32,000 bases of DNA from Promethearchaeota archaeon (GTDB lineage Archaea; Asgardarchaeota; Odinarchaeia; Odinarchaeales; JBHLKK01). Positions within the stretch are counted from its first letter, which is position 1; the number at the start of each line of letters is the position of its first letter. A program made the translations under genes and the position numbers. Location of the stretch: assembly GCA_048939465.1 (NCBI GenBank), contig JBHLPL010000003.1, forward strand, positions 20,142 to 52,141, written 5' to 3'. The notes beneath the pieces are model-generated. The model was not told where the DNA came from and made no database searches. It was given only the letters and a program-made list of their open reading frames with translations. This document shows positions 19,266 through 27,502 of the stretch, one piece after another.

Positions 19266-21152
19266 ATGTACGGAGGATACTGGGGTAAAATACTTAGAAT
19301 AGACTTAACCAATGAAAAGATAACCCATCAAACATTGAAAGACGAAATGGCCAGGAACTATATAGGCGGCGTAGGCCTCGCGACTAGAATACTGTATGAT
19401 GAGATCCCTAAAGATACAAATCCGCTTGGTCCCGATAATGTCTTCGTTTTCGCAGTAGGGCCTTACCAGGGCGGCAGTGCAATTCTTGGTAGTGGACGAT
19501 TTGCTGCTTGCGCAAAATCCCCGCTAACTCATATATGGGGGGAGTCCCTAGGCGGTGGGTATAACGCGGAAGAGTTCAAGAAGTGTGGTTTTGATGCCTT
19601 GGTAGTAACAGGTAAAGCCTTGAGACCAGTTTATCTATGGATTCATGATGGAGAGACAGAGATTAGGGATGCTTCTCATCTCTGGGGAAAAACAGATGGA
19701 TTTGAGACAGAAGACGCTCTGAAGAAGGAATTGGGAGATAAGAAGATACAAGTAGCCCCAATAGGGCCTGCTGCAGAAAACCTAGTGCGATACGCAGGTC
19801 TTATCTGCAACTACGGACACGGATGTGCTGGTAGAATGGGTATGGGCGCTGTCATGGGGTCTAAGAAACTTAAAGCTATCGCCCTCCGAGGATCTAAGAA
19901 AATACAGATAGCAAAACCAGATGAGCTAAAAGCCATAAAGAAGGAGCTTCTGCCAAAAATCAAAGACGCTGGTTTCACGAAGGATAACCGTGATCTTGGA
20001 CAGGCTATGGCTCAAATACCACGTGAAGATAATGGGCTCCTACCAATGAAGAATTTTAAGCAAGGACATTGGAGAGAGGGTGCCCTTAAAACGGGAGTTA
20101 CACGCGAGGAAGGGGAGTTCAACGAAGTATTAAAACCGAAGCCTGATGCTTGCTCCAACTGTGTCATGGGTTGCCACAGACGCGTTACGATGCAGGGACC
20201 TGCAAAATATGCCATGGACAGCTACGGACCCGAGTATGAAACGGTCGCAATGATAGGAGCGGACTGTCTTATTGACAATTTGCTGGCGATAAACAAAGCA
20301 AATGAACTGTGCAATCGCTATAGTATGGATACTATAGAGTTCGGTGCGATGGTTGCTTTTGCAATGGAAGCCTACGAAACGGGAAAAATAACCAAGGATG
20401 AATTAGGTGGCATTGAACTAAACTGGGGAGACGGTGATGCAATGCTAGCACTGTTAGAGAAAATTGCCAGAAGAGAGGGGAGAGTTGCAAGACTATTAGG
20501 TGAGGGGCTAAAGCCTGCAGGAGAAGAACTGGGATGTCCCGAGATGGCCATACACGTCAACGGTGCATGCGTACCAGCTCACGACCCTCGAGCATTCCTC
20601 TCAATGGCTGTTGAAACTGCAACATCAACCAGAGGAGCATGTCACCTTCATGGATTCCCTGAGGCAATAGAGTTGGGAGTTACCTTCCCTGAGGCAGGTC
20701 CTGAGCTAGCCGAAGAACTGGATCGATTTGATACGAAATACAAGGGATTGGCTGCGGCAAAATTCCAAGATCGTCAGGCAGTTAACAACTCAACCGTATG
20801 GTGCTTCTTCTATGAATTTTCTGGAGTAGACTGGCCATACACAACAAAACTGCTGAACGCCGTGACAGGGTGGAGTTTGACGCCACAAGAACTCTTGAAG
20901 ATAGGTGAGAGAATCATAAACCTACAACGAATGTTCAACATAAAACACGGCCTCACGAAAGCCAACGATACCCTGCCTAAGAGATTACTCAAGGAGCCTC
21001 ATAAGGGAGGTGGCTTACAGGAGCAGCTAGCACCCAAGTTCAAAGTAATGATGGATGAATACTACAAAGCCAAAGATTGGCCAAACGGTATCCCAAGTGA
21101 GGCAAAGCTAAGAGAACTGGGACTGGACTTCGCCATAAAAGACCTTCCATAG
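19266..21152 (+). CDS. aor: Aldehyde:ferredoxin oxidoreductase (AOR family, W/Mo-pterin)
   Basis: YWGKILRIDL, KSPLT, GAVMGSKKLKAI, CSNCVMGC, GPEYET, GACHL. True start ATG 19266 after AGGAGG. Confidence 0.95.
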   Translation: MYGGYWGKILRIDLTNEKITHQTLKDEMARNYIGGVGLATRILYDEIPKDTNPLGPDNVFVFAVGPYQGGSAILGSGRFAACAKSPLTHIWGESLGGGYNAEEFKKCGFDALVVTGKALRPVYLWIHDGETEIRDASHLWGKTDGFETEDALKKELGDKKIQVAPIGPAAENLVRYAGLICNYGHGCAGRMGMGAVMGSKKLKAIALRGSKKIQIAKPDELKAIKKELLPKIKDAGFTKDNRDLGQAMAQIPREDNGLLPMKNFKQGHWREGALKTGVTREEGEFNEVLKPKPDACSNCVMGCHRRVTMQGPAKYAMDSYGPEYETVAMIGADCLIDNLLAINKANELCNRYSMDTIEFGAMVAFAMEAYETGKITKDELGGIELNWGDGDAMLALLEKIARREGRVARLLGEGLKPAGEELGCPEMAIHVNGACVPAHDPRAFLSMAVETATSTRGACHLHGFPEAIELGVTFPEAGPELAEELDRFDTKYKGLAAAKFQDRQAVNNSTVWCFFYEFSGVDWPYTTKLLNAVTGWSLTPQELLKIGERIINLQRMFNIKHGLTKANDTLPKRLLKEPHKGGGLQEQLAPKFKVMMDEYYKAKDWPNGIPSEAKLRELGLDFAIKDLP

Positions 21153-21155
21153 AAA

Positions 21156-21177
21156 TTCTTTTCTTCTTTTTTTCTCA
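21156..21177 (+). terminator. Oligo-T terminator after aor
   Basis: Pyrimidine/T-rich tract (TTCTTTTCTTCTTTTTTT) directly after the stop codon. Confidence 0.55.
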
Positions 21178-21247
21178 ATGTTCATAGACTTTAAAAAAAT
21201 TTACAGGCATTTCAAAAACAGATCAGTCTCTTTTGAAGAATTAACCG

Positions 21248-21577
21248 CTATCCAGCACCTATTAAAGGAAAGAATGACACATTATCTCCCTCGTTCACCA
21301 CAGTATCAAAACGTTCCAGAAAATCGATTTGTTTGCCATTTAGAACAATCCGAATACTCCTTCTCGGACGATCTTTTGTACCCATTATCTTTTCTTTGAA
21401 ATGCTTTCCCTCTAATTCATCTATCTTATCTATGACATCGCGTATAGTCTGTACTCCAGAACTGTCTAGAACTATCTCCAGTTCCTTTTTACCCAATAAT
21501 TCTCTCATATTTGCGTAGAATTTCGCTTTAACTCTTATTGCCATTACTTTGGGCCTCTTCTTGGTCGCGGAAATCAT
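21248..21577 (-). CDS. moaD: MoaD/SAMP-type ubiquitin-like protein ending in GAG
   Basis: VKAKFYANMRELLGKKE, IVLNGKQI, VNEGDNVSFFPLIGAG; start ATG 21577 (leaderless) or 21544. Confidence 0.88.
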   Translation of the reverse strand: MISATKKRPKVMAIRVKAKFYANMRELLGKKELEIVLDSSGVQTIRDVIDKIDELEGKHFKEKIMGTKDRPRRSIRIVLNGKQIDFLERFDTVVNEGDNVSFFPLIGAG

Positions 21578-21639
21578 TAGTCTCTTAAGAATAATAGGGA
21601 AAGGAATATATAAATATAACGCCGTTATACAAGTTATTG

Positions 21640-21735
21640 ATGATGGATCACCATCCTTAGTTGGGGATTCACCCAGACGAGACCGTACGAAGTAATTTTA
21701 GCTGTGTGGATCAAATTACGTAAGCTGGCCATCAT
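21640..21735 (+). ncRNA. Candidate structured RNA, family unknown
   Basis: Nested stems ATGATGG/CCATCAT, ATCCT/GGGAT, CCAG/CTGG, TAC/GTA, GTAATTT/AAATTAC; TATATAAA ~25 nt upstream. Strand uncertain. Confidence 0.3.
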
Positions 21736-21794
21736 AATGGAAATAACATCCATAACACATTCCATCAGCTATCTAGCCGATCTTTATTATCATC

Positions 21795-23321
21795 CTAGGG
21801 GGGTATTCGCTTCTTCATATCATTGAGCTTTGTCCGTATAATCTGGTTTGTAAGTTGTGGATCTACCCTGCCTTTAGTTTTTTTCATAACCTGTCCGATC
21901 AAGTAGTTTACCGCACTTTCCTCGGACAATGCATCTTCTACGGCTTCGGGAAACTCGGTGAAAACCTCATCGATTACTGTATTGATTTCTTCCTCATCGC
22001 TGATTATTGTCAATCCCCTGTCCCTAACGATTTCTGCCGGATGCTTTCCAGTTCGTACCATCTCCGGCAAGATGCTTTTGGCAATCTTCCCACTGATGAC
22101 GCCCTCATCTATCAGACGCAGAAGATCAATGAGACCTTGCGTCGTTATTTTGGATTCGTTTATCTCTAAACCAGTTTCGTTTAGGTTTCTAAGCAAATCA
22201 CCCATGATCCAGTTGCTAATCCGCTTTGAATTCGGATAGAGTTTTACACTTTCCTCAAAGAAATCCGCAAGTTGTTTACTGCCTGTGAGTACAACTGCAT
22301 CATGTTTAGGCAATTTATATTCCTTCATAAGTCGAGTGCGTCTCGCGTCTGGCAGTTCGGGCATTAGTTCTTCGGCTTCCTCGATCATTTCTTTTGTAAT
22401 GTCTATAGGTACCAGATCTGGTTCAGGGAAATAGCGATAGTCCTGCTCCGTCTCCTTGGTTCTCAGCGAAATCGTAATCCTGCGAGCCTCGTCCCAGTGT
22501 CGTGTTTCTTGCTTTACACTCACACCTCTTCTTAGTAATTGCTTCTGCCGAAGTATCTCATACTGAATCGCACGCCTTACCTCTTTGAAAGAAGAAACGT
22601 TTTTGATTTCTACTCTTTTTCCTCCAGCCAGAGATATATTGGTATCACATCTCATTGCTCCAGGTAGACTGCCATCAGATATTCCCAGATGTTCAATAAT
22701 GGAGCGTAATTTGCGAAGGAATGTTTGCGCTTCTTCAGGAGAACGCATATCTGGTTCAGTAACCACCTCTAGGAGAGCCATACCGGCACGATTATAATCT
22801 ATTAGGGCATAAGGAGACGTCTCAATAGAACCGAAATATGTAATGCGGGCCGGATCTTCTTCTAAGTGCATACGACTTATTCTGATTTTTTTGGATCTTC
22901 CATCTATATGTATTGTTACATAGCCGTTTTCGGCGAGGGCAACTCCGCCAACTCTATCATACTGACTTATTTGGAAGTTCTTTGGCATGTCAGGATAGTA
23001 GTAATTCTTCCTGAAAAAGAGCAATGTATTCGAAATCTTGGCATTCAAAGCCAAAGCTGCCATAATAGCATATTTTATGACTTCTTTGTTTACAACAGGA
23101 AGAGAACCAGGAAGTCCTATACAAGTGGGGCATACCAGTGTATTTGGCTCTTTTCCGTGATAATCGGCAGAGCAACTACAGAACAGCTTGGTTTTGAGGG
23201 TTGTAAGTTGAATATGGCATTCAAGACCTATTATTACAGTCTTTTCAACCTTTTTAGGGTCGGTTTCTTCCATTTTGATCCACATTCTCTTTCTTTTTTC
23301 ACCCTTCCTCGTGATTTTCAT
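21795..23321 (-). CDS. gatB: Asp/Glu-tRNA amidotransferase subunit B
   Basis: [60 protein letters not shown] overlap with the gatA stop; alternative start 23273. Confidence 0.97.
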   Translation of the reverse strand: MKITRKGEKRKRMWIKMEETDPKKVEKTVIIGLECHIQLTTLKTKLFCSCSADYHGKEPNTLVCPTCIGLPGSLPVVNKEVIKYAIMAALALNAKISNTLLFFRKNYYYPDMPKNFQISQYDRVGGVALAENGYVTIHIDGRSKKIRISRMHLEEDPARITYFGSIETSPYALIDYNRAGMALLEVVTEPDMRSPEEAQTFLRKLRSIIEHLGISDGSLPGAMRCDTNISLAGGKRVEIKNVSSFKEVRRAIQYEILRQKQLLRRGVSVKQETRHWDEARRITISLRTKETEQDYRYFPEPDLVPIDITKEMIEEAEELMPELPDARRTRLMKEYKLPKHDAVVLTGSKQLADFFEESVKLYPNSKRISNWIMGDLLRNLNETGLEINESKITTQGLIDLLRLIDEGVISGKIAKSILPEMVRTGKHPAEIVRDRGLTIISDEEEINTVIDEVFTEFPEAVEDALSEESAVNYLIGQVMKKTKGRVDPQLTNQIIRTKLNDMKKRIPP

Positions 23322-24839
23322 AGAGTAGGCTTGATTTTTCTTCTTAGACCTTTTCTTTCAAAAGCATAGGCAACTCTCAGTATAATATTTTCCTTTAGGA
23401 AGTTTCCCATGATTTGTATGCCAATCGGAAGACTGCCATGGTAGCCGCAAGGCATAGAAAGTGCAGGAATACCTGCAAGATTTATTGCTGCCGTATCCAT
23501 ATCTGCCATATACATTTGAAGAGGATTTACTGTCCGCTCGCCTATCTTAAATGCCATTACAGGCGAGGTTGGACCAATCAGTACGTCAAACTTGCTGAAC
23601 GCTTGCTCAAAATCTTGCTTTATCAATGTACGGATTTTAAGGGCCTTCAGATAGTACAGGTCAAAATAACCTGCGGTTAAGGCATATGTTCCCAACATAA
23701 TTCGCCGTGTAACCTCCTGTCCAAAGCCTTCACGCCTACTCTCTGAGAATACTTTATTCCAGTCTCCAATTGCTTTCGCCCTAAGTCCGTATCTTATGCC
23801 ATCATATCTTGCCAAATTGGAGCTTGCTTCAGACATTGCAATAATGAAATAGGTGGGAATTGAATACCTTATGTGAGCCAATGAGACTTCTTCATACGAT
23901 GCTCCCAAGTTTTCCAGAGCATGTATTGCATTCCATACGCTTTTGGCAACTATTTCATCAGTGCCCTCGCCAAAGAATTCTTTCAGAACACCTATTTTGA
24001 TGCCTTTTACATCATCTTTAAGGAACTTCAGATAGTCCCCAGATTTGACTTTGAGGGTCGTACTATCTTTAGGATCGTAACGAGCGACTTCACCTAGAAG
24101 AAGAGCACAGTCGTTTACATCCTTGGTCACTGGACCGATCTGTTCCAGACTACATGCAAACGCAATTAAGCCATAGCGGCTAACCAATCCATATGTTGTT
24201 TTTAGTCCGACAACGCCGCACAAGCTTGCTGGCTGCCTAATGCCTTTGGCTGTACGCTTATCTACGTACAGTTTCCACCAGTATCGCTCCCTAGAGCGAG
24301 AATTGTCTCATCGGCAGCCACTGCAGCAGCACTCCCGCCAGATGATCCACCAGGAACTCTTGAGAGATCGTAAGGATTATACGTCGGCCCAAAATAGCTA
24401 TACTCAGTGGACGAGCCCCTTGCTAATCCTCACCGCGTAAGTGAGGATTTATCGCAAACTCGTCCATATTTGTCTTTCCTATGATTATACCGTCCTGCTG
24501 TTTAATGCGTTCAACCACGGTCGCATCATACGGAGGAATATAATTCTCTAACATATGAGATGCACAGGTTGTTCGGACTCCCAGAGTACATATGTTATCT
24601 TTAAACGCTATTGGAATGCCAGCTAGAGTACCTACGGGTTCATTTCCTCCAATCCTCTTATCGATCTCCTTAGCTTTTTTGGCTGCGGCTTCTCTCGTTA
24701 GGGTTACATACGCATTAATCCTGTCCTCGACTCTGTCTATCCTATCGAAAACGGCCGAAGTGAGTTCTTCTGCGGATATTTCCTGACTGAGTATTTTCTC
24801 CTTGAGTTCATGGGCGGTTAATTCATTCAGTTTTGCCAA
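23318..24839 (-). CDS. gatA: Glu/Asp-tRNA amidotransferase subunit A, three exons: 24839-24451, 24418-24273, 24243-23318 (486 aa)
   Basis: Spliced length 389+146+926=1461 nt=487 codons. Restores [29 protein letters not shown] and [17 protein letters not shown]; GAGGTGA RBS before TTG. Confidence 0.93.
24244..24272 (-). other. gatA intron 2 (29 nt, BHB type)
   Basis: A-CTGTACG-TAGATAAG-CGTACAG-CCAA-AG; helix GTGG/CCAA, bulges AAA and AGG; removal yields GGA A|GC ATT (G-S-I). Confidence 0.88.
24419..24450 (-). other. gatA intron 1 (32 nt, BHB type)
   Basis: A-AATCCTCAC-TTACGCG-GTGAGGATT-AGCA-AG; helix TGCG/AGCA, bulges ATA and AGG, 10-bp exon stem; removal yields GCG AT|G GGC (A-M-G). Confidence 0.9.
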
Positions 24840-24852
24840 TCGGATTCACCTC

Positions 24853-25143
24853 TTAGATCATTTTGGGACCCTTAATGAAGTTTTTTTCCTTTTCTGGAGC
24901 ATTCATCAGAGCGGCTTCTACGGGTAAGCATTCTTTTGGAGTATCGTCTCGATAGACATTCTTCGAGCCAGTGACATGGTATGTAGGCTCGACGTCTGAA
25001 GTGTCAACCTCATCGATTTCCCTGAAGTACTCCAAAATGTCATTGAACTGTGCGGTGAAAAGGTGTTTTTGTTCCTCAGTTAATTTGATTCTCGCCAACC
25101 ATGCGATGTGCTCCACTTGTTCTTTTGTTATATGGGATTTCAT
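24853..25143 (-). CDS. gatC: Asp/Glu-tRNA amidotransferase subunit C
   Basis: ITKEQVEHIAWLARIKL, YRDD, NAPE..FIKGPK; start ATG 25143 after GGTGGTG. Confidence 0.95.
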   Translation of the reverse strand: MKSHITKEQVEHIAWLARIKLTEEQKHLFTAQFNDILEYFREIDEVDTSDVEPTYHVTGSKNVYRDDTPKECLPVEAALMNAPEKEKNFIKGPKMI

Positions 25144-25194
25144 AATACACCACCAAGAATTGCCCGTTAGGCAATGATAGGAATGTTCAAACAT

Positions 25195-25488
25195 GTGAAT
25201 TGCTCGCCGCTATTGCGGGGAACTTCTTGCTTCATGAACCGAACTCGCCCTTACGGGTAGAGGTTCAGTCTCTGCAGGCGTGAATTCGGACAGTTCCTGT
25301 CCTAGTGCTCTTTTCAGGATGTTTATCGTGAAATTATGGTCTCCATCGATTCCAAGACCATAATCGTAGACGTGCTTCCTTTCCCACAACTGCTTTTTAA
25401 TCTTTTTTCCATGGCCGAAATACGTTTGTATAATTCCTCTGGGATCAAGCTTCAGAAATGCACAGCCAGCTCTTTCAGCCTTCTTTCT
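25195..25488 (-). mobile_element. tnpB: 3' remnant of IS200/IS605-family tnpB plus right end
   Basis: Manual translation 25488-25210: RKKAERAGCAFLKLDPRGIIQTYFGHG...HVYDYGLGIDGDHNFTINILKRALGQELSEFTPAETEPLP. Followed by a hairpin ending TTCAC at 25195; Zn-ribbon Cys residues eroded. Confidence 0.8.
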
Positions 25489-25550
25489 TCAATGAATTCT
25501 TATCTTCTTCCCTGTAAGAAGACTCCGTCCGAAAGGATGGAGTAGTTCAA
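25485..25550 (+). repeat. IS200/IS605 right-end-like element (best-preserved copy)
   Basis: GTAAGAAG-ACTCCGTCC-GAAA-GGATGGAGT-AGTTCAA, 9-bp hairpin with GAAA loop. Confidence 0.65.
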
Positions 25551-25587
25551 AGGTTCTGATTTGTCTATCTCCTGAAAGGTGCTGTAT

Positions 25588-25913
25588 TTGACTCAATTGG
25601 CACCAATTAGGGTAGATTGTGCTTGTGGTAACAGTTTCGGTATAATCTATAACGCAGGCATAAAAACTTGACTTTACAGCGATCTGGTTGAAGAATTGCT
25701 TACCGGAAATCTAGATGCTTTCAATCGTAAAGCTTGCGGCAAACCATTCGCCTGTCAACCAGAGTCCTTATCAACGCCCCAAGAAGAATGTTTTGGATTT
25801 CGATCGCCGGAACTCCAGAAGAGCATAAGGAGATCATAATTGAACGTGAGATTACAGACAAAAGCAGCAGAGTTGTGGACTCACTCCCAAGAACGATTGA
25901 TAAAGCATCCTGA
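25588..25913 (+). pseudogene. CpXC-like zinc-ribbon protein pseudogene
   Basis: MTQLAPIRVDCACGNSF...IKT*LYSDLVEELLTGNLDAFNRKACG, then frameshift to VLINAPRRMFWIS; in-frame TGA at 25669; AAGGTG RBS. Confidence 0.55.
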
Positions 25914-26116
25914 TTTGCCAGAAGAACACACAGCCAGAATCTCTGAAGATCCTGAAAAAGAATCTTAACACAGCAAAAAGAAAGAGAAGAATGAGCCTCC
26001 CAAGAAGGTAGAAGCCACCGCCCAAAAGAAAGGATCGAGGGTCAGCACATATCGCGACAAAAATACAGCCCCAGGGGGTATTCTTTGGCTGAAAGAAGAC
26101 TGTATACTAAAAAGGG

Positions 26117-26125
26117 TTTTTATAT
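26117..26125 (+). promoter_or_regulatory. TATA box of the srp54 operon
   Basis: TTTTTATAT preceded by purine-rich AAAAAGG (BRE-like), ~35 nt before TTG 26159. Confidence 0.55.
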
Positions 26126-26158
26126 CTAAAATTAAGTAAAAACTAAGGGTGAAACAAC

Positions 26159-27490
26159 TTGGTTCTAGAAGGTTTAGGAGGCGCACTGCGCAAGGCACTG
26201 AGAAAATTAATAAGAGCACCACTAGTTGACGAAAAGGCAGTAAAGGATTTCGTACTGGATTTGCAGAGAGCGCTATTGCAGTCGGATGTAAATGTTGAGC
26301 TTGTTCTGGAACTTTCAAAACGAGTAGAAAAGAAGGCATTACAGGTAGAACTCCCGCCAGGGATTAGCCGGCGTGAATATGTTGTTAAGATGATTCATGA
26401 TGAGCTGGCAGGAATACTCGGCAGAAAACCTGTTCCGATCAAACTTCAACCGAATGCTGTTAACAAACTGATGGTCGTTGGCATCCAAGGTTCCGGTAAA
26501 ACAACGACCATAGCGAAGTTGGCTAATTACTTTCGTAAACGAGGAACCAAGGTGGGCATTGTATGTGGAGATACGTTTCGTTTAGGCGCTTATGATCAAT
26601 TAAAACAACTCGCAAGAAAAGTCGATATTCCGGTGTATGGAACGCCCGAGGGCAAAGACGCAGTTAAGATTGTTAAGGAAGGCGTCAAGCATTTCTCCGA
26701 GAACAACTATGGGTTAATAATAATCGATACAGCAGGTAGGCATAAGGAAGAGAAAGGCCTTATTGATGAAATGAAGATATTGGCAAAGGCGATAAGCCCC
26801 AATGAGATAATTATGGTAGTTGACGGTACGCTTGGACAACAGGCAACCATTCAGGCCAAAGCCTTTGCTGAAGCTACCAACATCGGTTCAATCATAGTCA
26901 CAAAACTTGATGGTTCTGCACGAGGCGGAGGAGCGCTTTCAGCAGTTGCCGCAACAGGTGCTCCAATAAAATTCATCGGAACGGGCGAAAAAACCGACGA
27001 GATCGAGAGTTTCAATCCATCAAGTTTCATAGGCAGATTACTCGGTATGGGTGACATAAGAGGATTACTAGAGAAGATCAAAGAGGCCGAAGCCATCCCG
27101 GAAAAGGAAGTTGCCAAGGCATTCATGAGAGGAAAATTCACACTGAGGGACGTTATGGAGCAAATGGAACGAACCAGAAAAATGGGGCCCTTCAAAAAGA
27201 TTCTCAGCATGCTAGGATTCGGACATCGTTTGCCTGAGGGGATGGAGGATATAGCAGAGGAGAAGCTAGATCGTTGGAAAGTAATAATGCAATCCATGAC
27301 CCCCAAGGAGCTCGAGGATCCTAAGTTGTTGAATAGGCCGCGTATAAGCAGAATCGCAAGAGGATCAGGGACTCACTCCAAAGATGTCAGGGAGTTGATC
27401 AATCAGTATTTCATGATGAAGAAGCTGGTCAAGAGTGTAAGTAAACGAAGAGATTTGACAAAGATGGCAAAACAATTCCAAAATATATAG
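26159..27490 (+). CDS. srp54: Signal recognition particle 54 kDa protein
   Basis: GIQGSGKTTT, DTAGRH, TKLDG GTPase motifs; Met-rich M domain with SRIARGSG. Confidence 0.97.
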   Translation: MVLEGLGGALRKALRKLIRAPLVDEKAVKDFVLDLQRALLQSDVNVELVLELSKRVEKKALQVELPPGISRREYVVKMIHDELAGILGRKPVPIKLQPNAVNKLMVVGIQGSGKTTTIAKLANYFRKRGTKVGIVCGDTFRLGAYDQLKQLARKVDIPVYGTPEGKDAVKIVKEGVKHFSENNYGLIIIDTAGRHKEEKGLIDEMKILAKAISPNEIIMVVDGTLGQQATIQAKAFAEATNIGSIIVTKLDGSARGGGALSAVAATGAPIKFIGTGEKTDEIESFNPSSFIGRLLGMGDIRGLLEKIKEAEAIPEKEVAKAFMRGKFTLRDVMEQMERTRKMGPFKKILSMLGFGHRLPEGMEDIAEEKLDRWKVIMQSMTPKELEDPKLLNRPRISRIARGSGTHSKDVRELINQYFMMKKLVKSVSKRRDLTKMAKQFQNI

Positions 27491-27502
27491 GTGTAAAACA
27501 CC

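Noticed and set aside
21686-21723. Archaeal SECIS-like hairpin (GAA bulge)
   Set aside because: No opposing A, the upper stem is AU-rich, and no neighbouring gene has an in-frame UGA at a Cys-equivalent site.
21637-21730. C/D box sRNA (TTGATGA)
   Set aside because: No CTGA D box, and the putative C box is buried in the closing stem.
24240-24440. 66-aa plus-strand ORF over the gatA gap
   Set aside because: Shadow of gatA exon 2 on the opposite strand; no motif or RBS.
23318-24839. gatA as a pseudogene, programmed frameshift or sequencing error
   Set aside because: Both disruptions are discrete hairpin insertions whose BHB-predicted cuts restore conserved codons exactly. The exons show no other decay, and gatC and gatB are intact.
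25669-25671. UGA recoding (Sec or Trp) in the CpXC-like ORF
   Set aside because: The same ORF also has a frameshift and a lost Cys, so ordinary decay is the simpler explanation.
25965-26339. 124-aa minus-strand ORF
   Set aside because: Overlaps the srp54 start and promoter in antisense; low-complexity; no family signal.
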